From contig CBDCEW010000102.1 of NCBI GenBank assembly GCA_965215885.1, positions 64,001-128,000 on the forward strand: DNA of 64,000 nt, given 5' to 3'. This document shows, in pieces, positions 43,750 through 53,252 of the stretch. A program made the position numbers and the translations under genes. Under the pieces are notes generated by a model. It was not told where the DNA came from and made no database searches. It was given only the letters and a program-made list of their open reading frames with translations. The stretch is from Candidatus Moanibacter sp. (GTDB taxonomy: Bacteria > Verrucomicrobiota > Verrucomicrobiia > Opitutales > UBA2987). The stretch's first letter is position 1, and the number at the start of each line of letters is the position of its first letter.

Positions 43750-44376
43750 TTACCTCTTGCGCGCACCACCCGCATCTGGAAACAGTTCCATTTGAGGTTC
43801 TTTTATGAGGTCGTAGTTCTTTAAGATTCGCAGTATCTGTAGAATATCCGACTTCTGGTAATTGAGGTTTGTTTCCACTTTGGCGAGGATATCCTGCAAC
43901 ATCGAACGGAAAGATATAATTCCATCGACCCCGTGTTCCTTTAACAGCCGGATGCTCTCTGAGCGATGGGGTTCAGTTATCGGCAGGCCGGGTAGGACTA
44001 TGATCTTCAGGAGACCGGATCCATCATCAAAATCCTCCTCGTCAACGAATAGATCTTCAGCCTTCTTAAGGACGTTTTTTCCCAGAAATTTCAGGACTTC
44101 GGAACTGTTTTTCAGCATCGCCGGCGTAAACCTCAAAGTCGTATGCCAGCCTTTAACTACCACAATGGCCCGGTGAATATAGCGTAATTCACTGGAAAAG
44201 AGCAGGAACTCAGGCTTCCTCTCGCTCCGCACGAAGGCCGGATTGAATACCATAAGGTCGATCTCCTCTTCGGCCAGCTTCCTGCGCGACTGCACCTGAT
44301 ATTTGCGCAATTGGCGAACGAGGAATCCGTGCAGCTCGAAATACTCGCGAACGATATTTTCGTCAAATCCTGCCAT
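43750..44376 (-). CDS. hypothetical protein, possible PD-(D/E)XK nuclease fold
   Basis: 208-aa ORF; ENIVREYFELHGF, EIDLMV, VVVKGW pattern. Confidence 0.65.
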   Translation of the reverse strand: MAGFDENIVREYFELHGFLVRQLRKYQVQSRRKLAEEEIDLMVFNPAFVRSERKPEFLLFSSELRYIHRAIVVVKGWHTTLRFTPAMLKNSSEVLKFLGKNVLKKAEDLFVDEEDFDDGSGLLKIIVLPGLPITEPHRSESIRLLKEHGVDGIISFRSMLQDILAKVETNLNYQKSDILQILRILKNYDLIKEPQMELFPDAGGARKR

Positions 44377-44414
44377 TCTCAGAAGAGTGAAATGCTTTTA
44401 GTTCCTAAAAGTTT

Positions 44415-45897
44415 GCCTCGTCAGCAGAATCTGTGGGTTATTTCGGGTTCAGGCAAGTCGCCCATGGTATGAAATAGGGCGATCTTAAGCACTTCGAAGC
44501 TCTTAAAGCCGTATGCTTTTCTGATAGTGAGATTTATATTGCGGTTAAAGCCCTCCACAATGCCGCAGGAAAAGGCCTTTTTGGCCCGAAACCAGTTGAG
44601 GATGAGCGGCTCGTGTTTGCGCACCGAGCGCACGAACCTTTTGATCGGTTTGAGGCGCGAACGCATGGCGCGCGTGCACCATTTTTTCAGATACCATTGG
44701 GCCCAGTAGGGACTTTTATAATGCCACAAGAGCTGAAAGCTCTCCTTTAGTAGATAGGCCCGCACGCTCTTCAGATCGTATTGGAGCACCTCCTTGAGGC
44801 GGATCTGTTGGGTGGGGGTGAGATTTTGCGGATTTTTCAAGAAACAGTATTTGCTTTTGACCAGCACGTTGATGTAGCCGTCCCGTTGCAATCGCCTGGC
44901 TTCCGCAGCACGAATCTCATTGAGGGCCTTGTTCAGGTTGGCTACCAAGTGGAAGCGATCGAGGATGTGCAGCGCCTGGGGTGCCTTTTTCTTGATCACT
45001 TTGAGGTAAGGCTTCCACAGATCCGAGCAGACGTAGAGGATCTGGCTGCTCTTTTGCGCTCCCAATTCCCAGAAAAAACGCAAGAGCGATTTTACGTTGC
45101 GCTTATTGAATACGCCCAATAGCCGCCGCCGCCCCTCGTCAAGCTGGTAGACCACGGTGAGATAGTGATGGCCTCGATGATACTGCACCTCATCGACTCC
45201 GATCGCCTCAATCCCGCTCATATCGCGCCGTTTGAGCCCCCAACGCACCATCGCCTCGACCGACTCGAAGACGTTGCGCCAGTTCGTGCGAAAAACCCTT
45301 GCCGTCTCTTCCCAGCTCAAGCGCCTCGCCCACTGGGCCAGAAACCATTGCATTGGCCAACTCAGATGACTCTTGCCCTTGGCCCAGGGCACCTCTTCGA
45401 CCTTCACCCCGCACCGCCGGCAATTGACCCGCCGCATGCGGTAACGAAAATACACCTTCATCCCCCACAAGGGCACAAATTCAAAATGCCTCGCCTCGCT
45501 CATGTGGTCGTAGCCGCTGGCCGTCCGGCCACACCCCGAACAGCACACCCGACTATTCTTGCGCGGCTCAATCTGCACCACAATCGCCTCCTCCGATTTC
45601 ACCATTTCCATACTCGCCTTTGCGTAAACAAAGCTCTTGAGCCAATAGCACCGATTCAGTAGCGTTTTGATGAGCACTGGGTCCTCCGTGTTCAGGATGT
45701 ATTTTCGGTACTACTTTCATCCTCGGAACGGCCCGGTGCTTCAACCTTTCAATCCCATATGCAAAGAAAACACCGACCAGCCCCTCCGGCTGTGGAGGAG
45801 CGGGATTCAGGGCAGCGCCCTGACTTCTCCTTGTGCTCACCGACTCTATTTCCTCTTGTAAGCGACGTTACCCACCCACAGATTCTGCTGTAGACCC
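44415..45897 (-). mobile_element. ISL3 family insertion sequence, 1483 bp
   Basis: 24-bp TIRs sharing cagcagaatctgtgggt; 8-bp AT-rich TSD AAAAGTTT (44407-44414, 45898-45905). Confidence 0.93.
44421..45677 (-). CDS. ISL3 transposase
   Basis: CxxC zinc finger, IGVDEVQY, CSDLWKPY, DRFH, VEGFN, RKAYGF. Confidence 0.95.
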   Translation of the reverse strand: MLIKTLLNRCYWLKSFVYAKASMEMVKSEEAIVVQIEPRKNSRVCCSGCGRTASGYDHMSEARHFEFVPLWGMKVYFRYRMRRVNCRRCGVKVEEVPWAKGKSHLSWPMQWFLAQWARRLSWEETARVFRTNWRNVFESVEAMVRWGLKRRDMSGIEAIGVDEVQYHRGHHYLTVVYQLDEGRRRLLGVFNKRNVKSLLRFFWELGAQKSSQILYVCSDLWKPYLKVIKKKAPQALHILDRFHLVANLNKALNEIRAAEARRLQRDGYINVLVKSKYCFLKNPQNLTPTQQIRLKEVLQYDLKSVRAYLLKESFQLLWHYKSPYWAQWYLKKWCTRAMRSRLKPIKRFVRSVRKHEPLILNWFRAKKAFSCGIVEGFNRNINLTIRKAYGFKSFEVLKIALFHTMGDLPEPEITHRFC

Positions 45898-45903
45898 AAA
45901 AGT

Positions 45904-46998
45904 TTAATCATCCACCGCGCCGGCCTCCATCCACAATTCTCGGACTAATTCCGAAGGTGCGTCGTTTCTCGAAACGGCCGAGCCTATTTTATCCAGGACA
46001 ATGTAACGCATGGTTCCATACCTCACTTTCTTGTCTCGCTGCATTGCTTCGAGGAGCCGCCCAACCGATAGGGGATTCGCAAGCCGCACGGGCAAATCGT
46101 ATTTCGCGATCAAAGTCGATATCGCGCCCACCTCCGCTTCCTTCAATAACCCAATCCTGCAGGAAAGCCTAGCCGCCAGAACCATACCAACCGCCACTGC
46201 TTCCCCATGCAGATATTCGGCATAATTGGTCACCGCCTCGATCGCATGACCAAAAGTATGGCCCAGGTTTAAGAGTGCTCGCCCTCCTGAGGGGGCATTC
46301 TCCCTCTCATCATCCATAACAATTCTCCCCTTGATTGCGCAACAGGAATGGATGATTCGAGGCAGTTCCTTGTGTCCCGGTTCAAGCCTGTCCAACGACT
46401 CCAGTGTAGTAAAGAGTTCCACGTCGGCAAGCAAACCGGACTTGATCACCTCCGCCATACCCGACGAAAATTCACGGGATGAAAGCGTGCGCAAAAGATC
46501 CGTGTCGGCAAAGACGGCTTTCGGCTGGTAAAAGGCCCCCACAAGGTTTTTCCCCCTCCTCAGGTTTATGCCGGTCTTTCCGCCTACCGAGCTGTCCACC
46601 ATCGCCAGAAGGGTAGTGGGAACCTGATAGTAGTCGATTCCTCGCATGTAACTGGCTGCGGCAAAACCTCCTAAGTCTCCTACTACCCCTCCTCCAAAGG
46701 CGAAAAGATAGCCTGTCCGATCGACCTTTCTCTCGGATAGAAAGTCGTAAACTCTGCCCAAATGTTCAAGGGCTTTTGTCTCTTCGCCCGATGGCAGCAC
46801 AAGTAAGGGCAAATCGGGAAACGCTTTCTCGATATACTCCCTCTGGTGGGAATAGACTCCCTCATCCGTCAAAACAGCGCCGTTGCGATTCTCCGCGCGC
46901 AGCACATCTACCGCTTTGTGAACCCGGTCGAGTAGTTCCTCACCTACCAGAATCCTGTAGCCGCGCTCGCCAAGATCAACCTCCAGATCATAGCTCAT
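45904..46998 (-). CDS. aroB: 3-dehydroquinate synthase
   Basis: GGGVVGDL, PTTLLAMVDSSVGGKTG, LNLGHTFGHAIE, HGEAV. Confidence 0.96.
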   Translation of the reverse strand: MSYDLEVDLGERGYRILVGEELLDRVHKAVDVLRAENRNGAVLTDEGVYSHQREYIEKAFPDLPLLVLPSGEETKALEHLGRVYDFLSERKVDRTGYLFAFGGGVVGDLGGFAAASYMRGIDYYQVPTTLLAMVDSSVGGKTGINLRRGKNLVGAFYQPKAVFADTDLLRTLSSREFSSGMAEVIKSGLLADVELFTTLESLDRLEPGHKELPRIIHSCCAIKGRIVMDDERENAPSGGRALLNLGHTFGHAIEAVTNYAEYLHGEAVAVGMVLAARLSCRIGLLKEAEVGAISTLIAKYDLPVRLANPLSVGRLLEAMQRDKKVRYGTMRYIVLDKIGSAVSRNDAPSELVRELWMEAGAVDD

Positions 46999-47007
46999 TT
47001 GGAGTGT

Positions 47008-47199
47008 TTAGCCGGGACATTTCACACACTTCGTAGCGAGAGTACGTAGATTGCTGCATATCAAAGCCTTTCCGCAGCACGGCGGGCGATCCCGGCGTGC
47101 CGGGATTGGGACCCTCTGAAGTCGGCGGGCAAGGGAACGCTTTGATAGGTACCGGCGCGCCGGGATCGTAGTAGAAGGTTTGTGGCATGTTCGGGCCAG
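47008..47199. repeat. MITE family B long copy
   Basis: ttagccgggacatttcacacacttcgtagcgag ... gtagtagaaggtttgtggcatgttcgggccag; reverse orientation of the 11249 copy with an extra module. Confidence 0.8.
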
Positions 47200-47249
47200 A
47201 TCATGTCAAATTAAGGAGTGTCTAAGCAAGCCAAAGGGAGAAAAGCGGA

Positions 47250-48167
47250 TCAGTCACGACCGAGAATTGCCTCGACGTAGTTGCGTGTTGAAAACGGCTG
47301 CAAATCCTCCGCCTGTTCGCCAAGCCCTACAAAGTAGATCGGTAACTTGAGCTCCCGATAAATGCCGACCAGTGCACCCCCTCGGCTTGTCCCATCGAGC
47401 TTCGTGATGACAATGCCTGTGAGACCAAACTCGCGATGAAACACCCTTGCCTGCTCAATCGAGTTCGAGCCGACCGTTCCATCTATGACGATCCAGCTGT
47501 GGTGCGGCGCAGCTTCTTCGTGTTTCTGCAGCACCTTTCGAATTTTCTGCAGTTCCGCCATGAGGTTACTCCGGGTGTGTAACCGCCCCGCCGTATCCAA
47601 TATTAACGCATCGCGCTTTCGGCTTCTAGCTGCCTCATAGGCATCAAAGGCAACAGCTGCGGCATCCGCCCCAGAATGGCTTGAAATGAGCTCCAGACCC
47701 AGACGATCCGCCCATATCTGTATCTGCTCGTTGGCGGCAGCTCGAAAAGTATCGCACGCCCCTAGGATGGGTTGATACCCCTTTCCCTTTAATCGAAATG
47801 CAAGCTTTGCCGCCGTAGTTGTTTTTCCCGATCCATTTGCCCCTACCAGACAGAAGACTTCGGGTCTTCCATCACCCACTTCAAACGCTCCTTCGGCGCC
47901 TTCCAGGATCCGATTTAAGACAGCTGCTCCGATCTGCCTCGCATCCTTTCCCAGCAACCCCCTGTCCTCTTGCACCGCGCTACGAATCTCATCGATTATA
48001 TCCGTGGTTGTCTCCACTCCGAAGTCGGTGCTGTAAAGTGCCTCTTCAATCTGCTCTATGGCCGCATTATCAAGTTTTTCTGTTCCTAAGACCCCCGCGA
48101 TCGCCCCGAACAAAGACTCTTTGGTGTGTGCCAATCCCCTCTTGAATCTGGAATACACACCGAGCAT
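47250..48167 (-). CDS. ftsY: SRP receptor FtsY
   Basis: GANGSGKTTT, DTFRAAA, DTAGRL, TKLDGTSRGG. Confidence 0.96.
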   Translation of the reverse strand: MLGVYSRFKRGLAHTKESLFGAIAGVLGTEKLDNAAIEQIEEALYSTDFGVETTTDIIDEIRSAVQEDRGLLGKDARQIGAAVLNRILEGAEGAFEVGDGRPEVFCLVGANGSGKTTTAAKLAFRLKGKGYQPILGACDTFRAAANEQIQIWADRLGLELISSHSGADAAAVAFDAYEAARSRKRDALILDTAGRLHTRSNLMAELQKIRKVLQKHEEAAPHHSWIVIDGTVGSNSIEQARVFHREFGLTGIVITKLDGTSRGGALVGIYRELKLPIYFVGLGEQAEDLQPFSTRNYVEAILGRD

Positions 48168-48220
48168 ATTATCGGTCTCAAATCTTAGTAATATATCCTT
48201 GCCGGGAAACGGTAAGGTTC

Positions 48221-48655
48221 CTAATCCCCCGATGCCTCCCGTAAGGGCCTCTTCAACTTCAGTTTGTACTCGTCGAGTATTCCATTTATAAAGCGCTTGG
48301 AATCCTCGATCGAAAACAGCTTACTGAGCTCAATGGCTTCGTTTATCGAGACGATGGGAGGTATGTCATTGCGAAACATCATCTCGTAGATAGCCAGGCG
48401 GAGAATGGAAAGATCGATCTTTGCGATTCGTCGAAAATCCCAATTTTTGGCGTATTCATTAATCACTGCGTCGATTTCACTACGACTTTCAATAACGCCG
48501 TTCACCAGATCTTCCGCGAAACTGTAATAGTCTCGAGGGTGCTCCTGCTTCTCGAGGAACTCTCGGATGTCGCCGGCAAAGTCTTCGGAAGGGTTTATCT
48601 CCCACATATACAGTAGTTGAATCGTAGCAATACGGTTGTCTCGCCTGCTGCTCAT
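48221..48655 (-). CDS. nusB: transcription antitermination factor NusB
   Basis: WDFRRIAKIDLSILR, VSINEAIEL, FINGILD. Confidence 0.95.
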   Translation of the reverse strand: MSSRRDNRIATIQLLYMWEINPSEDFAGDIREFLEKQEHPRDYYSFAEDLVNGVIESRSEIDAVINEYAKNWDFRRIAKIDLSILRLAIYEMMFRNDIPPIVSINEAIELSKLFSIEDSKRFINGILDEYKLKLKRPLREASGD

Positions 48656-48676
48656 AACGATACTTAGCGACCCCGA

Positions 48677-49243
48677 TCAGGACTTCCATTGGTCCGAATC
48701 ACGATCCTCTTCCAGGAAAATATCCCGCAATTTTCCTTCTTCTTCATACTCCTCGTGAATTTCCCCAAACTGTTCCGCAAACTGATTTGAGAGGCTCGCC
48801 ATTTCAAGCGCGGCGAAAGCAAATTCTTCGCCCCGGTTAATCTTCTCTCCGCATCGCGCCTCCGCTTGTTCAGGGGTTTCAGCCACGATGATACCGTTTA
48901 TAACCGGTACTCCTGTCTCCAGTCCGATTCTAATAAAGGCCTCACTGGTGTTATTCGCAATTATCTCATGATGCTGCGTATCACCGGCAATCAAAACACC
49001 GAGCGCGATGATACAATCAAAGAAGCCCGTTCCCGCAAGCATACCGACAGCGTAGGGAACTTCGTGCGATCCCGGAACACGAACTGTCTGCAAATCAAGT
49101 TTGTCGACCATGGATGCATGCAGCGTCTTGAGGACATTTTCCAGCAACCGATCGACATACTTCTGATTGTAGCGTGCCGCCACGATGCCGAGATTCAAAT
49201 ATCCACCTTCGTATGATGTCCCTTTGGGAGAATCCTGACTCAT
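48677..49243 (-). CDS. ribH: 6,7-dimethyl-8-ribityllumazine synthase
   Basis: VAARYN, VPGSHEVP, IALGVLIAGDT, PVING. Confidence 0.93.
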   Translation of the reverse strand: MSQDSPKGTSYEGGYLNLGIVAARYNQKYVDRLLENVLKTLHASMVDKLDLQTVRVPGSHEVPYAVGMLAGTGFFDCIIALGVLIAGDTQHHEIIANNTSEAFIRIGLETGVPVINGIIVAETPEQAEARCGEKINRGEEFAFAALEMASLSNQFAEQFGEIHEEYEEEGKLRDIFLEEDRDSDQWKS

Positions 49244-49268
49244 CGGTAGTCGATCGTTGCCTGGTGTT

Positions 49269-50378
49269 TCAGCTCAGTGGAATTTGCTCGACGATTTCCA
49301 ATCCGTAACTGTCGAGACCAATGATATGTCGAGGGGTACTCGACAGAAGACGAACTTTGCCGAGACCGAGTTCAACCAATATCTGTGCACCAATACCGTA
49401 GTCTCTAAAATCAAGCGGTACTGATGAAGCCTCTGCCGGCTTCTCCTTGTGGGCATTCAGCAGGTTCAAACCACTATTCCGTTTTTCCAGGTAAACCACC
49501 ACGCCCTGTCCCTCACTCACAATCATTTCGAGTGATTTCTCCAGGTTTTCGTGGCTCCTCACTGCCTTCGACTTGAAGATGTCTCCTAAGAGATTTTGTC
49601 TCTGGACCCGAACCAACGTGGGGCTCTTATCCAGGGCACCTTTGACCAGAGCAACATGATGTCGCCCGTCCACCTTGCTGCGAAAAATATGCAGGTCGAA
49701 TTCACCGTATTCGGAAGAGAAAGGTTGAGAGGAAACACATTCGATTAATTTCTCTCTCTGATGGCGGTAAACGATCAACTCCGCGATCGCCATCAACTTC
49801 AACCCGAATCGCTCCTTGTATTCAATCAGTTGTGGAAGATGCGCACAAGATCCGTCCTCATTGAGAATCTCGCATACTACAGCACTGGGATGGAGCCCTG
49901 CCAATGCCGCGAGATCGACGCTGGCTTCAGTGTGCCCGGCTCGTTCGAGAACACCTCCGGAACGGGCGCGTAGGGGAAAGACATGGCCAGGCTGAACCAG
50001 CATGTCTGACGTCGACTTGGGATCACCAAGAATATTGATTGTTCTCGTGCGGTCATAAGCACTGATTCCCGTCGTGATCCCATCTGCAGCATCGACCGAT
50101 ACCGTGAAATCCGTCCGATGGGATTCGCGATTCTGTTCGACCATCGTGTTGATACCGAGTCTTCTTAACTGGTTGTCCGTAGTAGGCACGCAGATTAGCC
50201 CGCGGGCGTGCCGGATCATCATATTTATTGTCTCAGTTGTGGCCTTGGAAGCCGCCATCACCAGGTCGCCTTCGTTTTCACGGTTTCTGTCATCGGTAAC
50301 GATGACTAACTTTCCCGCGGCAATATCGGCGATTGCCTCTTCTACCGAATTAAACGGTGATGATAATGATGATGGCAT
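49269..50378 (-). CDS. ribB: 3,4-dihydroxy-2-butanone-4-phosphate synthase with a degenerate GTP cyclohydrolase II domain (RibBX-type)
   Basis: DDRNRENEGD, TGISAYDR, PGHVFPL, RAGHTEA; C-terminal domain lacks the Zn-binding cysteines. Confidence 0.9.
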   Translation of the reverse strand: MPSSLSSPFNSVEEAIADIAAGKLVIVTDDRNRENEGDLVMAASKATTETINMMIRHARGLICVPTTDNQLRRLGINTMVEQNRESHRTDFTVSVDAADGITTGISAYDRTRTINILGDPKSTSDMLVQPGHVFPLRARSGGVLERAGHTEASVDLAALAGLHPSAVVCEILNEDGSCAHLPQLIEYKERFGLKLMAIAELIVYRHQREKLIECVSSQPFSSEYGEFDLHIFRSKVDGRHHVALVKGALDKSPTLVRVQRQNLLGDIFKSKAVRSHENLEKSLEMIVSEGQGVVVYLEKRNSGLNLLNAHKEKPAEASSVPLDFRDYGIGAQILVELGLGKVRLLSSTPRHIIGLDSYGLEIVEQIPLS

Positions 50379-50535
50379 AGCTGAAAGAGCGCAGATCAAT
50401 TTGCCTACGCCATATTTCTACCGTTAACAACTTTAAAATCGGCGCTAGTCCCGGCCAGCCGGGATCGGATTTTATGCTTCTTTCGAAGGATTTACTCGGT
50501 CCTTATGAACATGCTACCGAAGAGACTCAGGTAAA

Positions 50536-51513
50536 TTGCATAAAGATCAAAAACAAAGTGAACCTTTCGCGGTAGACTTCGAGTCGCTCCAATGTCGACT
50601 CGGGGCTGATCTGTTGGGTCGCCGGATGCGAAAACAGGCCGAGTTATGGGCCCGTCTCGTGCATCAGGGCCAAGGCATCCTTTCCCTTGAGAGATATCTT
50701 CCCATCGACAGGATACTCAATTCGTGCTTACGCGTTTTCGGGTTTTACGAAAGGGGAAACCGGAATTTTCGAGATTTGGGCCTTGTCGAAAATCACGTAT
50801 CACTTGCGAACCTTCCACTCCCCTTCGACGGATATCGCATTCTGCAGATGAGCGATCTCCACCTTGACCTCGATACTTCTCTCACTCCCGCTATTATCGA
50901 AGTTCTAGGCAAAGCCGATTGCGATCTGGCTGTCATAACGGGTGACTTTCGCAATACCACTACGGATTTTCACGGCGAGGCCCTTCGACAGTTGAAAAGA
51001 ATCATGAAGCATCTACCGATGCCGGTTTACGGTGTTCTCGGCAATCACGACTTTATTGAAATGGTCCCGGAACTTGAAGCATTAGGCCTGCGTATACTGC
51101 TGAACGAGAACGTTGTCCTCCAACTAAAGGATTCCACTATTCGCCTGGCCGGAGTCGACGATCCTACTTTCTACGAAACGCACGATTTGAAGGCAGCCGG
51201 CCGTAACAGAGCGAAACGCGAGTTCACCATCCTCCTCTCCCACGGACCGAAGATCTACCGTGATGCCGAAGGAGCGGATATTGATCTCATGCTATGTGGA
51301 CATACGCATGGTGGCCAGATTTGCCTCCCTGGTGGTTGGATTGTCGTCCGCAACGGCGAATGCCCTCTTCGAATGATCTCCGGTGCCTGGAGATACAGGG
51401 AGCTTTCCGGCTACACTTCCCGAGGCACCGGATGCACCGGAATCGCCATCCGGTTCAATTGTCCGCCCGAAATTACCGTGCATGTCCTCCACGCGAAATC
51501 TGTCGGATCCTAG
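50536..51513 (+). CDS. metallophosphoesterase
   Basis: SDLH, TGDF, GNHD, LSH, GHTHGGQ. Confidence 0.9.
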   Translation: MHKDQKQSEPFAVDFESLQCRLGADLLGRRMRKQAELWARLVHQGQGILSLERYLPIDRILNSCLRVFGFYERGNRNFRDLGLVENHVSLANLPLPFDGYRILQMSDLHLDLDTSLTPAIIEVLGKADCDLAVITGDFRNTTTDFHGEALRQLKRIMKHLPMPVYGVLGNHDFIEMVPELEALGLRILLNENVVLQLKDSTIRLAGVDDPTFYETHDLKAAGRNRAKREFTILLSHGPKIYRDAEGADIDLMLCGHTHGGQICLPGGWIVVRNGECPLRMISGAWRYRELSGYTSRGTGCTGIAIRFNCPPEITVHVLHAKSVGS

Positions 51514-51547
51514 CAGCCTGTCGGACTCTTTTCATCAGGCTGCTAGG
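51510..51547. repeat. short MITE family A' copy
   Basis: ctagcagcctg...caggctgctag; shares its CTAG with the adjacent MITE-A. Confidence 0.65.
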
Positions 51548-51561
51548 AATCTTATAGTAGC

Positions 51562-51876
51562 TCCAGGTTATTCATCCAAGGGGCCGAGTGGAGCCGCAGG
51601 AAAAACTCGGCGAGGCCCCTTTGTGAATAACTTGGCCGATCAGTGGTTGGCGATGGGTCAAAGAGTTTGTTTGGCTAAGGGTGAAAATATTCAAAGGCAG
51701 CCGTCCACTACGAACTTAGGAATCAGTCCGAAGAGGACTTCCGACAGAATTTCGAGTGGACGGCCTGCCTGGATGACCGAAAACGAACACTCAGTTTACA
51801 TCCTCATAACAGGATCCAACTATAAGGACTTCGCCTGGACATCCAGTGCCTTTGAAAAAAGCAAAAAGACAAACTA
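51562..51876 (+). ncRNA. IS110 bridge RNA (5' stem-loop, target-binding loop, donor-binding loop)
   Basis: Target loop guides TAGGAATC (51717-51724) and TCCGACAG (51740-51747); donor loop guides CTCAGTTT (51790-51797) and ACTATAAG (51819-51826); each pair flanks an internal hairpin inside a closing stem. Confidence 0.88.
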
Positions 51877-51889
51877 AAGGAACAAAGGG

Positions 51890-53200
51890 ATGCAGAAAAG
51901 GGAAAAAACAAATCGATATAGTGTGGTGATAGGAATTGATTGGGCGGATCAGAAAAACGATCTGTGGATCATAGAGAGCGAAACGGGAAAAGGGACCCAT
52001 CGACAGGTGGCGCAGGATGCGGTCAGCTTGCACGAATTTGCCGTAGAGATGAGAGAAAAGTATGCCAGCGTGGGCAAGCGCATGGCCATGGTGGTGGACC
52101 AGAAGCGAGGAGGGTTGATCAACTTTCTGATGGGCTTGGAGTTTGTCGATATCTATCCAGTGCATGCGGCCAGGGCGAAGGATTATCGCCGGGCGCTGTA
52201 TCCATCAGGGGCCAAGAGCGACCCGGTCGATGCGCAAATACACGCGGAGTTTTTCCTCAAACATCCCGAGCTTTTTACCAAATGTTTCATACCTGACACG
52301 GCCCAAACACGGGAGCTGAACCTGTTGTGCGAGGACCGCCGTGGATTCGTCGATCAGGCTACCAGCCTCGAACAGCAGTTGGGCAGTTGTCTGAAGCAAT
52401 ATAACCCTTTGGTCTTGAAATTGTTCGATGATCTAGGCAGTGGCCTGTGCCTGCACTTTATATTGCGTTGGCCGACCCTCAAGAAGCTGCACAGAGCATC
52501 GGAGGGTGTCTTGCGAAAGTTCTTCTATAAGCACAACTGTCGCAGTGACGCCAAAATCCAGGAGCGTCTCGAATTGATCGGTAACGCACGAGCCTTGACC
52601 GAAGATGCAGCCATCATTGAAGCATCCAGCAGAAAAGCACAGACGTTGGCCGGACAGCTTTTGACCCTGTGCCCGCAGATCAAAGCGTATGAGAAGCGTA
52701 TCAGGGAGCTATTCAGAAGCCATCCCGATGCAGCCGTGTTCAGTGGCATTCCCGGAGCCGGCGAGGTCATGAGTCCCCGGTTGCTGTGCGCGTTCGGGAC
52801 CGATCGTTCGCACTTCGAAACGGCCCAGAACATGACCCAGTGGAATGGATCCGCTCCGGTCACGATCAACAGCGGGCAGGACAAAAGAACCGGACAACCG
52901 AAACGAATGGTCAACTGGCGGTGGGCGGCTCCTACCTTCGTGCGGCAAAGTTTCGTTGAATTTGCCGAACATTCGATCCGAAACTGTGCCTGGGCAAAGG
53001 CCTTTTACCAGATCAAAAAAGAACAGGGCAAACCCCGCCAAACCATTCTTCGTGCCCTCGCTCTCAAGTGGACCCGCATTCTGTTTCGCTGTTGGCAAAA
53101 TAGCGAACGCTACGATGAGCAAAAGTATCTCCAATCGCTCCAACGCACCGGTTCACCGGTGTGGAAAAGACTTCAGCAAGCAAATGCCAACGCCTTGTAA
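51890..53200 (+). CDS. IS110 family recombinase/transposase
   Basis: IGIDWAD, AKSDPVDA (RuvC-like domain), IPGAG, APVTINSG (catalytic Ser), ALALKW. Confidence 0.95.
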   Translation: MQKREKTNRYSVVIGIDWADQKNDLWIIESETGKGTHRQVAQDAVSLHEFAVEMREKYASVGKRMAMVVDQKRGGLINFLMGLEFVDIYPVHAARAKDYRRALYPSGAKSDPVDAQIHAEFFLKHPELFTKCFIPDTAQTRELNLLCEDRRGFVDQATSLEQQLGSCLKQYNPLVLKLFDDLGSGLCLHFILRWPTLKKLHRASEGVLRKFFYKHNCRSDAKIQERLELIGNARALTEDAAIIEASSRKAQTLAGQLLTLCPQIKAYEKRIRELFRSHPDAAVFSGIPGAGEVMSPRLLCAFGTDRSHFETAQNMTQWNGSAPVTINSGQDKRTGQPKRMVNWRWAAPTFVRQSFVEFAEHSIRNCAWAKAFYQIKKEQGKPRQTILRALALKWTRILFRCWQNSERYDEQKYLQSLQRTGSPVWKRLQQANANAL

Positions 53201-53252
53201 ACACAACATGAGAAAAAACTCAAAAAATCCCTTGACGGACTACCTCAGTTTT

